From contig JBDRDL010000043.1 of NCBI GenBank assembly GCA_043820925.1, forward strand, positions 1 through 15,527: a DNA stretch of 15,527 nucleotides, written 5' to 3'. The notes beneath the pieces were generated by a model. That model worked only from the letters and a program-made list of their open reading frames with translations. It was not told the origin of the DNA and ran no database searches. Made by a program: the position numbers and the translations under genes. The stretch is from Methanobacteriota archaeon (GTDB lineage Archaea; Hydrothermarchaeota; Hydrothermarchaeia; Hydrothermarchaeales; JACRDW01). Of the stretch, positions 1-6,562 are shown piece by piece; position 1 is the first letter of the stretch, and each line of letters begins with the position of its first letter.

Positions 1-8
1 GGATTGAA

Positions 9-308
9 ATGGATGTAGGAAAATCTATAAGGGCTGCGGTTGATACTGGAAAAGTGATATTGGGTGAAAGAGAAACTCTGCGGGCAGTGAGAAATGGTGA
101 GGTCAGGCTTGTAATCATGGCGTCAAATTGTCCTTCTGCTCTTAAAGAAAAGCTAATGCATCACGCTAAAATTTTAAGCGTGCATGTTTACGAATACCCT
201 GGTTCAAGTCTGGAGCTGGGCTCTGCGTGCGGCAAGCCATTCACTGTTTCGATTCTGGGCGTTGTAGAGGCAGGGGATTCAGATATTTTTGAGCTGTGCA
301 GGAGGTAG
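9..308 (+). CDS. rpl30e: 50S ribosomal protein L30e (eL30)
   Basis: 99 aa with TGKVILG...VIMASNCP...GSSLELGSACGKPF, the L7Ae/L30e family pattern; canonical position before nusA-rps12-rps7. Confidence 0.96.
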   Translation: MDVGKSIRAAVDTGKVILGERETLRAVRNGEVRLVIMASNCPSALKEKLMHHAKILSVHVYEYPGSSLELGSACGKPFTVSILGVVEAGDSDIFELCRR

Positions 309-312
309 TGCT

Positions 313-711
313 TTGAAGCTTTCTGCCGAGGAGATTGGATACATAGCTCTCTTTGAGAAAATTACAGGTGCTGTAACAAAGGACTGCGTTACTGACGAGG
401 AAGAGAACAAAATCCTTTTCGTTGTTAAAAAAGGTGATATGGGTCTAGCTATAGGAAAGAAAGGAGCAAACATTCAAAGGGTAAGACAGGTAATTGGAAA
501 AAAAATCCAAGTTGTTGAATACTCTGAAGACCCGGCAGAGTTCGTAAAAAATATTTTCCATCCCTTCAGAGTAAATAATGTATCGATTTCAAATAAGGTT
601 GCTCGTGTGGATTTGGATGATAGGGATAAAATAGCAATGGGGAGAAAAAATATTCAAAAAGCAAAAATGCTTGCAGAACGCCACCACAACCTGAGTATTG
701 TAATAGTTTAA
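313..711 (+). CDS. nusA: Archaeal NusA (KH-domain transcription factor)
   Basis: GDMGLAIGKKGANI KH motif and VVEYSED. Start moved from the ORF-track 289 to the in-frame TTG at 313, which follows a Shine-Dalgarno GGAGGT at 301-306. Confidence 0.93.
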   Translation: MKLSAEEIGYIALFEKITGAVTKDCVTDEEENKILFVVKKGDMGLAIGKKGANIQRVRQVIGKKIQVVEYSEDPAEFVKNIFHPFRVNNVSISNKVARVDLDDRDKIAMGRKNIQKAKMLAERHHNLSIVIV

Positions 712-720
712 GGTGCGAAA

Positions 721-1158
721 ATGGCAAAGAAACCCACTGGTGAGTTTACAGGAAGAAAGCTGCGTGTGAGAAGGCAGCAGTTTAGATGGAATAGCCCGAA
801 GTATAAGCGGCGGGTTTTGAAACTGAAGGAAAAATCTAATCCGCTGGAAGGAGCGCCGATGGCGAGAGGAATAGTTCTCGAAAAAGTTGGAATCGAGGCA
901 AAGCAGCCAAACTCTGCGATAAGAAAGTGCGTCAGGGTGCAGCTGATAAAGAGCGGCCGCCAAGTTACTGCATTCGCTCCCGGAGACGGGGCTATAAATT
1001 TCATAGACGAGCACGATGAGGTACTCATCGACGGAATTGGCGGCAGAAAAGGAGGAAGCATGGGAGACATACCAGGAGTCAGATTCAAGGTCATTGCAGT
1101 TAACAATGTGGCACTAAAAGAACTGGTCAAAGGAAGAAAGGAGAAGCCTGTCAGGTGA
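721..1158 (+). CDS. rps12: 30S ribosomal protein S12 (uS12)
   Basis: [19 protein letters not shown] and [10 protein letters not shown] motifs; archaeal/eukaryotic-type N-terminus. Confidence 0.98.
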   Translation: MAKKPTGEFTGRKLRVRRQQFRWNSPKYKRRVLKLKEKSNPLEGAPMARGIVLEKVGIEAKQPNSAIRKCVRVQLIKSGRQVTAFAPGDGAINFIDEHDEVLIDGIGGRKGGSMGDIPGVRFKVIAVNNVALKELVKGRKEKPVR

Positions 1159-1162
1159 AATA

Positions 1163-1753
1163 ATGTTCAAGGTTTTTGGGCTCTGGGATACCAGCGGAGT
1201 AGAAGTCAGAGACCCCGGTCTCAAGGCATATATAAATCTAAAGCCGGTTTTCCTGCCGCACAGCGCAGGGAGGCATGTAAAGTCCTTTGGAAAGTCCAAC
1301 ATATCGATAGTAGAGAGGCTTATCAACAGAATAGGCGTAACCGGGCATGAGGGCAAGAAGCACAAGCGCACGAGCGGGCGCAACGTGGGCAAGAAGCACA
1401 TGGCTTATAATATCGTCAAGGAGGCTTTCGCAATAATTGAGAAGAAAACAAAAAAAAATCCGGTGCAGGTTCTTGTGGATGCGCTGATAAATTCTACACC
1501 GAGAGAAGACACAACCAGAATAAAATACGGAGGCATAGCCTATCACCAGAGCGTTGATATTTCGCCGCAGCGCAGGTTAGATGCTGCGCTTCGCTTTGTA
1601 ACAGTCGGTGCTGCGAAGGGAGCTTTCAGGACGAAAAAGTCAATAGCGCAGTCGCTTGCTGACGAAATAATTGCTGCTGCGAATTATAGTATGAAGTGCT
1701 ACTCTATTTCAAAGAAGGAGGAGCTTGAAAGAATCGCAAAAGCTGCGAGGTAG
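1163..1753 (+). CDS. rps7: 30S ribosomal protein S7 (uS7)
   Basis: [45 protein letters not shown]-like AGGTGA overlapping the rps12 stop. Confidence 0.98.
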   Translation: MFKVFGLWDTSGVEVRDPGLKAYINLKPVFLPHSAGRHVKSFGKSNISIVERLINRIGVTGHEGKKHKRTSGRNVGKKHMAYNIVKEAFAIIEKKTKKNPVQVLVDALINSTPREDTTRIKYGGIAYHQSVDISPQRRLDAALRFVTVGAAKGAFRTKKSIAQSLADEIIAAANYSMKCYSISKKEELERIAKAAR

Positions 1754-1757
1754 GAAG

Positions 1758-3917
1758 ATGGGCAGAAGAGAGCAGATGGTCGAGAAGATTTCGAAACTCA
1801 TGGACGAACCTGAGAGAATCAGAAACATGGGAATCGTAGCTCACATCGACCACGGAAAGACCACGCTGAGCGACAATCTACTGGCTGGAGCTGGGATGAT
1901 AAGCGAAGAGCTGGCAGGTCAGCAGTTATATCTTGATTCTGACATTCAGGAGCAGATTAGGGGCATTACAATAGATGCTGCCAACGTTTCAATGGTTCAC
2001 GAGCGCAGGGGACAGGAATACCTGATAAACATGATTGATACCCCGGGTCACGTTGATTTTGGAGGAAATGTAACCAGGGCGATGAGAGCAGTAGACGGTG
2101 CTATCGTTGTTATAGATGCGGTAGAGGGAGTGATGCCCCAGACAGAGACTGTTATAAGGCAGGCTCTTAAGGAGAAGGCAAAACCCGTGCTTTTTATAAA
2201 TAAAGTAGACAGGCTCATAAACGAGCTCCGCTTAACGCCGGAAGAAATGCAGAAGCGCTTCGCTGCGATAATTGCTCATTTTAACAAAATAGTTAAAGCA
2301 ATGGCTCCGCCGGAGTTCAAGGAGAAATGGCAGGTTAGAGTAGAAGATGGAAGCGTTTCCTTCGGCTCTGCTTACAGCCACTGGGCTATAAACGTGCCGG
2401 TAATGAAAGATACCAGAATAACTTTCAAGGATATAATAGAGTACAATGTCCAGGGAAAGCAGAAGGAGCTTGCAAAAAAAGTCAAGCTGTCTAACATAGT
2501 TTTGGACATGGTTATAAAGCACCTGCCAAATCCGCTCGAAGCACAGAAGTATCGAGTACCTCACATCTGGCCAGGCAACATAAGCACAGACGGTCAAGCC
2601 ATGGTAAGCTGCGACTCAAAGGGCAAGCTTGCGATGATGGTTACAGACTTAAAGATAGACCCGCAGGCTGGAGAAGTCGCCACAGGAAGAATTTTTTCAG
2701 GCACGCTGATGAAGGGCAAAGAAGTTTACTTGGTGAATGCAAAGGCAAAGACGAGAGCCCAGCAGGTTGGAGTTTACATGGGTCCTGAGAGAATGCCCAC
2801 TGAACATGTGGTCGCTGGAAATATTGCAATGGTTGTCGGGCTCAAGGATATTCGTGCTGGTGAAACGGTTACTGAAACAGACGCTCCAATAGAGCCCTTC
2901 GAAGAGATGCGCCACTATTCAGAGCCCGTCGTCACGGTTGCGGTGGAGGCAAAGAGCCCAAAGGATTTGCCAAAGCTTATTGAAGTTCTAAATATACTGG
3001 CAAGGGAAGACCCGACTATAAGGGTTAAAATAGACGAGGAAACAGGAGAGCATTTGTTATCTGGAATGGGGGAGCTGCATTTAGAAATCATTACCTACCG
3101 GATTAAGGAGAGAGGCGTAGATATAGACGTCTCCCAGCCGATTGTGGTTTACAGGGAAGCAGTTGAAAAAACCTCTCCAGAAATAGAGGGAAAATCTCCA
3201 AACAAGCACAACAAGTTTTACTTCGTTGTCGAGCCTCTCGAGAAATCTGCATTCGAAGCACTGGTTAAAGGAGAGATTAAAGCAGCGAGACTTAAAGGCA
3301 AGGAGCTTGCAAAGGCTTTTGAGGAGAGAGGAGTTGAAAAGAAAGATGCCAGAGGCATAGTTGAGGTTTATGAGAATAACGTGCTTACAGACGTTACGAA
3401 AGGCATTCAATATCTAAACGAAGTTATGCAGCTGATTCAGGAAGGTTTTCACGAAGCAATCGATGAAGGTCCGCTGGCAAAGGAAAAAGTTCTCGGCCTG
3501 AAGGTCAAGCTCGTGGACGCAAAACTTCACGAGGACTCCATACACCGCGGTCCAGCTCAGGTCATACCTGCGGTCAGAGACGCTATCAGAGAGGCAATGG
3601 TGCAGGCAGGAGCACTTCTCCTAGAGCCAAAACAAAAAGTATTTATCCATGTTCCCCAAGATTATATGGGCGCTGCAACCAGGGAAATCCAGAGCAGAAG
3701 AGGTCAAATCATAGACATGCGCCAGGAGGACAGCATGGTGATAATCGATGCAAAGTGCCCGGTTGCAGAGATGTTCGGATTCGCTGGAGATATACGAAGC
3801 GCTACCGAAGGCAGAGCTCTGTGGTCGACCGAAATATCTGGGTTTGAAAAGCTGCCTGCAGAGTTTCAAGAGGAAATTATTAAAAGTATAAGAAAAAGAA
3901 AAGGTCTAAACGTCTGA
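1758..3917 (+). CDS. fusA: Translation elongation factor EF-2 (aEF-2)
   Basis: [19 protein letters not shown] and NKVD GTPase motifs; diphthamide loop [11 protein letters not shown]. Start placed at ATG 1758 (MGRREQ) because the ORF-track TTG at 1725 lies inside rps7. Confidence 0.98.
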   Translation: MGRREQMVEKISKLMDEPERIRNMGIVAHIDHGKTTLSDNLLAGAGMISEELAGQQLYLDSDIQEQIRGITIDAANVSMVHERRGQEYLINMIDTPGHVDFGGNVTRAMRAVDGAIVVIDAVEGVMPQTETVIRQALKEKAKPVLFINKVDRLINELRLTPEEMQKRFAAIIAHFNKIVKAMAPPEFKEKWQVRVEDGSVSFGSAYSHWAINVPVMKDTRITFKDIIEYNVQGKQKELAKKVKLSNIVLDMVIKHLPNPLEAQKYRVPHIWPGNISTDGQAMVSCDSKGKLAMMVTDLKIDPQAGEVATGRIFSGTLMKGKEVYLVNAKAKTRAQQVGVYMGPERMPTEHVVAGNIAMVVGLKDIRAGETVTETDAPIEPFEEMRHYSEPVVTVAVEAKSPKDLPKLIEVLNILAREDPTIRVKIDEETGEHLLSGMGELHLEIITYRIKERGVDIDVSQPIVVYREAVEKTSPEIEGKSPNKHNKFYFVVEPLEKSAFEALVKGEIKAARLKGKELAKAFEERGVEKKDARGIVEVYENNVLTDVTKGIQYLNEVMQLIQEGFHEAIDEGPLAKEKVLGLKVKLVDAKLHEDSIHRGPAQVIPAVRDAIREAMVQAGALLLEPKQKVFIHVPQDYMGAATREIQSRRGQIIDMRQEDSMVIIDAKCPVAEMFGFAGDIRSATEGRALWSTEISGFEKLPAEFQEEIIKSIRKRKGLNV

Positions 3918-3943
3918 AATTTTGAGCTTCGCTCAAAATTTCA
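3907..3943. repeat. REP-like palindrome, copy 1 (TAAACGTC + 13-bp perfect stem, TTC loop)
   Basis: TGAAATTTTGAGC-TTC-GCTCAAAATTTCA at 3915-3943, beginning on the EF-2 stop codon; homologous to 5248-5284. Confidence 0.85.
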
Positions 3944-3959
3944 AAAAGGAGGTAAAGAT

Positions 3960-5243
3960 ATGGTACAAAAACCGCACTTGAATTTGGTGTTCATAGGACA
4001 CGTAGACCATGGAAAGTCTACCGCAGTTGGCAGACTTTTATTCGAGAAAGGAGATGTTGGAGAGCACGTTATAAGGCAGTATAAAGAAGAGGCTGAAAAA
4101 ATAGGAAAGGCAACTTTCGAGTTTGCGTGGGTCATGGACAGGCTGAAAGAGGAGAGGCAGAGAGGCTTGACCATAGACATAGCCCACAGCAAGATGGAGA
4201 CCGACAAATATTACTTCACAGTCATCGATGCTCCGGGGCACAGAGACTTCGTAAAGAACATGATAACAGGCGCATCGCAAGCGGATGCAGCAGTACTCGT
4301 CGTAGACGTAGGGCAGCGGGATGAAAAGGGCGGACTAATGCCCCAGACAAAGGAGCATATTTTCCTTGCCAGAACTCTTGGCATAGGACAGATAATTGCT
4401 GCAATAAATAAAATGGATACTGTAAAGTACGACCAGAAGAAGTATGAGGAAACAAAAGCCATGCTTCAGAAACTATTCCAAATCGTAGGTTACAAGCCTG
4501 AGCAGATAATATATTTGCCATTAGCGGGATTGAAAGGAGACAACGTAATTAAGAGGGGCGATAACCTGAAGTGGTTTGACGGTCCAACTCTGGCAGGGGC
4601 GATTGACTCTCTAAAAGTTCCAGAGAAGCCGGTAAAGCTTCCACTGAGGCTGCCTGTGCAGGACGTTTACTCCATAACAGGAATAGGAACTGTGCCGGTA
4701 GGCAGGGTCGAGACAGGAATAATGAAAGTCGGCGATACTGTTATTTTCGAACCTGCGGGCGTAAGCGGAGAAGTCAAGACAATAGAAATGCACCACGAGT
4801 CCATACCGCAGGCAGAACCAGGGGACAACGTAGGATTCAACGTGAGAGGCGTGGGCAAAACAGATATAAAGCGCGGCGATGTTTGCGGGCACGCCACGAA
4901 GCCACCCACGGTCGCAAAGGAATTCACAGCCCAGATTGTAATCCTCCAGCATCCGAGCGCAATAACCGTGGGCTATACTCCGGTGTTTCATGCGCATACT
5001 GCGCAGGTAGCGTGCAGAATTATCGAGCTCATAAGCAAGTTGGACCCGAAGACAGGCAATATCTTGGAGAAGGCTCCAAAGTTCCTGAAAACTGGTGACG
5101 CAGGTGTTATTAGAATAGAGCCGACAAGACCAATGGTTATAGAAAAAGTCAAGGAAATCCCGCAGATGGGAAGATTTGCCATTCGAGACATGGGTACTAC
5201 TATAGCCGCAGGAATGGTCGTTGACATAACTCCGGCGAAGTAA
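3960..5243 (+). CDS. tuf: Translation elongation factor EF-1alpha (aEF-1A)
   Basis: [60 protein letters not shown] at 3947-3953. Confidence 0.98.
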   Translation: MVQKPHLNLVFIGHVDHGKSTAVGRLLFEKGDVGEHVIRQYKEEAEKIGKATFEFAWVMDRLKEERQRGLTIDIAHSKMETDKYYFTVIDAPGHRDFVKNMITGASQADAAVLVVDVGQRDEKGGLMPQTKEHIFLARTLGIGQIIAAINKMDTVKYDQKKYEETKAMLQKLFQIVGYKPEQIIYLPLAGLKGDNVIKRGDNLKWFDGPTLAGAIDSLKVPEKPVKLPLRLPVQDVYSITGIGTVPVGRVETGIMKVGDTVIFEPAGVSGEVKTIEMHHESIPQAEPGDNVGFNVRGVGKTDIKRGDVCGHATKPPTVAKEFTAQIVILQHPSAITVGYTPVFHAHTAQVACRIIELISKLDPKTGNILEKAPKFLKTGDAGVIRIEPTRPMVIEKVKEIPQMGRFAIRDMGTTIAAGMVVDITPAK

Positions 5244-5247
5244 TTCT

Positions 5248-5284
5248 TAAACGTCGAAAATTTTGAACGAAGTTCAAAATTTTC
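5248..5284. repeat. REP-like palindrome, copy 2 (TAAACGTC + 13-bp perfect stem, GAA loop)
   Basis: GAAAATTTTGAAC-GAA-GTTCAAAATTTTC at 5256-5284 in the tuf-rps10 spacer. Confidence 0.85.
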
Positions 5285-5294
5285 AGGTGTAAAA

Positions 5295-5603
5295 ATGCAG
5301 AAGGCAAGGATTAAACTCAGCGGCACTGACCACAAAAAATTAGAGGACGTTTGTGCTCAGGTGAAAGAGATTGCCCAGAAGACGGGCGTAGACATGTCTG
5401 GTCCCATTCCCTTACCAACGCAGCGATTGAGGGTACCTGTTCGAAAGTCTCCCTCTGGCGACGGCACGGCTACTTGGGAGCGTTGGGAGATGCGTATCCA
5501 CAAGCGCTTGATTGACATCGAGGCAGACGAGCGAACGATGCGCCAAATCATGCGAGTAAGAGTTCCTGACGGCGTTAATATAGAAATTGAGTTGAAAGCG
5601 TAA
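5295..5603 (+). CDS. rps10: 30S ribosomal protein S10 (uS10)
   Basis: [39 protein letters not shown]; canonical position after tuf. Confidence 0.98.
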   Translation: MQKARIKLSGTDHKKLEDVCAQVKEIAQKTGVDMSGPIPLPTQRLRVPVRKSPSGDGTATWERWEMRIHKRLIDIEADERTMRQIMRVRVPDGVNIEIELKA

Positions 5604-5607
5604 TTGC

Positions 5608-5614
5608 TTATAAA
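5608..5614 (+). promoter_or_regulatory. Possible TATA box for the tRNA region
   Basis: TTATAAA just after the rps10 stop; it would start transcription near 5635-5640. No clear BRE. Confidence 0.35.
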
Positions 5615-5620
5615 CGATAC

Positions 5621-5628
5621 TTTTTTTT
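5621..5628 (+). terminator. Oligo(T) terminator of the str operon
   Basis: T8 tract 18 nt after the rps10 stop; archaeal intrinsic termination uses oligo-T tracts. Confidence 0.55.
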
Positions 5629-5685
5629 AATTTGCCAAAAAGAAAACTATGTGCTACACGTTAAAATTCAAGTTATTATGAGTAG

Positions 5686-5794
5686 TATCGCACTCGTTCA
5701 GAAAGTGCGATGCTCGTGCCCTCGGGGAAAATATTATGTGCTATTGAGTGAAACGAAATAGCACGACGTATGACGATCAAACCTTCTGAGGTTT
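5686..5794 (+). repeat. Structured module, copy 1 (abuts tRNA-Ser +1)
   Basis: Blocks TATCG / CTCGTTCA / AGTGC / CCTCGGGGAAAA / stem GTGCTATT..AATAGCAC / TGACGAT / hairpin CAAACC-TTCTGA-GGTTTG, all shared in the same order with 6043-6216. Confidence 0.8.
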
Positions 5795-5881
5795 GCCGGG
5801 GTAGCCTAGTCCGGTATGGCGCAAGCCTGGAGAGCTTGTACTCGCCCTGCGAGTGCATGGGTTCAAATCCCATCCCCGGCG
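5795..5881 (+). tRNA. tRNA-Ser(GGA)
   Basis: Acceptor GCCGGGG/CCCCGGC, discriminator G, anticodon arm CAAGC-CTGGAGA-GCTTG, long variable arm ACTCGC-CCT-GCGAGT, T arm ATGGG-TTCAAAT-CCCAT; no intron, CCA not encoded. Confidence 0.97.
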
Positions 5882-6008
5882 TTTCTCAGCATATCGCAGC
5901 CAAGCATTTCACAATAGTTGTCATGAATGGCTGCTCATGCCGAGACCCATTTTCCGTCAACGCTTTTGCGTGGCAAAAAAGTGGCGAGAATGCAACGAAG
6001 TGACTTGA

Positions 6009-6019
6009 GCGGGGGTACC
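6009..6019 (+). repeat. 11-bp direct copy of the tRNA-Leu 5' end
   Basis: GCGGGGGTACC at 6009-6019 is identical to 6217-6227. Confidence 0.75.
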
Positions 6020-6042
6020 AGATGGTAAACACGCCATCTTTC

Positions 6043-6216
6043 TATCGAAATCTCGTTCATGCTGAACGAGTGCTTCGCAAAAAATCCTCGGGAAAAACAT
6101 GCTCAAAAGATTTAAGTGGTATCGAAACGCTTGCGTAAGCAAGAGCGTGAGTCTAACGCACCAGCTTTCGCTGGAGTGGAGATACCACGCAGTGATGGTC
6201 AAACTTTCTGAAGTTT
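6043..6216 (+). repeat. Structured module, copy 2 (abuts tRNA-Leu +1)
   Basis: Same block order as copy 1; stem GTGGTATC(6116-6123)/GATACCAC(6181-6188); hairpin CAAACT-TTCTGA-AGTTTG (6200-6217). Confidence 0.8.
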
Positions 6217-6300
6217 GCGGGGGTACCCAAGCGGCCAAAGGGGACGGACTTAAGATCCGTTAGCTCAGTGCTTTCGAGGGTTCAAATCCCTTCCCCCGCA
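6217..6300 (+). tRNA. tRNA-Leu(TAA)
   Basis: Acceptor GCGGGGG/CCCCCGC, discriminator A, anticodon arm ACGGA-CTTAAGA-TCCGT, variable arm AGC-TCAGT-GCT, T arm GAGGG-TTCAAAT-CCCTT; no intron, CCA not encoded. Confidence 0.97.
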
Positions 6301-6395
6301 TAGCCCTTTCTTTTGAAAAAGAAAGGTCTATCACACTACTTCTTAAAAAGAAGTAGCAAGAAACGGTTCTCAAAGGCAGAGCCTTTGAACCAAAG

Positions 6396-6493
6396 AAACT
6401 ATGTGCTACTGAACGTAGCAAATTTGTGAAACAAATTTGCAGACGTTCAAAAAAGCACGACATATGATAGCCAGCCTTTCTGAAGGCTGGTTT
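6396..6493 (+). repeat. Structured module, copy 3 (3' half), with palindrome copy 3 nested at 6410-6449
   Basis: TATGTGCTA...AGCACGACATATGA (13/14 identical to copy 1 AGCACGACGTATGA), then hairpin CCAGCCT-TTCTGA-AGGCTGG (6471-6490). Confidence 0.75.
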
Positions 6494-6515
6494 AAATAAC
6501 CTTTAGTTACTAAAT
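6491..6515 (+). promoter_or_regulatory. Putative grpE-dnaK-dnaJ promoter: TATA box with overlapping Phr/HSR1-like operator
   Basis: TTTAAATA (6491-6498) overlapping TAAC-CTTTA-GTTA (6497-6509) with AT-rich flanks, upstream of a heat-shock operon. Confidence 0.6.
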
Positions 6516-6562
6516 TATTTTATCTTGTTAGGCGTTTTGAAAGTTGTGCTATTGGTGAGTTG

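Noticed and set aside
3915..3943. Selenocysteine recoding of the EF-2 UGA by the adjacent hairpin
   Set aside because: EF-2 is essentially complete at this point (RKRKGL), the position is not a catalytic Cys site, and the hairpin belongs to a repeat family that also follows a TAA stop.
1758..5243. Inteins or an atypical EF-2 paralog lacking the diphthamide site
   Set aside because: Both factors have normal length and the HRG diphthamide loop is present.
6009..6100. A third complete tRNA or a split-tRNA half starting GCGGGGGTACC
   Set aside because: No T arm (GTTC.A.TC), no local acceptor 3' strand and no bulge-helix-bulge partner; the downstream tRNA-Leu is already complete.
5795..6330. Integrated provirus or genomic island at the tRNAs
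   Set aside because: No integrase, no duplicated tRNA 3' end, and housekeeping genes flank both sides.
5738..6458. CIRCE/HrcA operator (GTGCTA and TAGCAC half-site look-alikes upstream of grpE-dnaK)
   Set aside because: CIRCE is TTAGCACTC-N9-GAGTGCTAA. Here the half-sites are in the opposite order, spacing is not 9 nt, and copy 2 changes the sequence while keeping pairing.
5676..6463. Short ORFs 5676-5873, 5770-6003, 5957-6238, 6260-6463
   Set aside because: They overlap the tRNA genes and repeat modules and have no recognisable protein features.
5770..6483. Box C/D guide sRNAs (ATGACGA, GTGATGG or ATGATAG followed 9 nt later by CTGA)
   Set aside because: No convincing upstream C and D' pair, only 9 nt between boxes, and the would-be guide covaries with the sequence 3' of CTGA as a hairpin. 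Not fully excluded; snoscan or an L7Ae binding assay would settle it.
5640..6493. Hammerhead, twister, pistol or group I/II intron cores
   Set aside because: No CUGANGA/GAAA hammerhead core found on either strand. GAAACTAT..stem..GACATA in copy 3 loosely recalls group I P7-P8-J8/7, but P7 cannot pair properly and copy 2 lacks it. No AGC-triad domain V.
5604..6560. CRISPR array
   Set aside because: Repeats are degenerate, irregularly spaced and structurally nested; no constant repeat-spacer period and no cas genes in the window.
5604..6560. RNase P RNA or SRP RNA
   Set aside because: Conserved signatures (GAGGAAAGUCC; SRP helix 8 with GGAA tetraloop and AGCA) were not found by eye.
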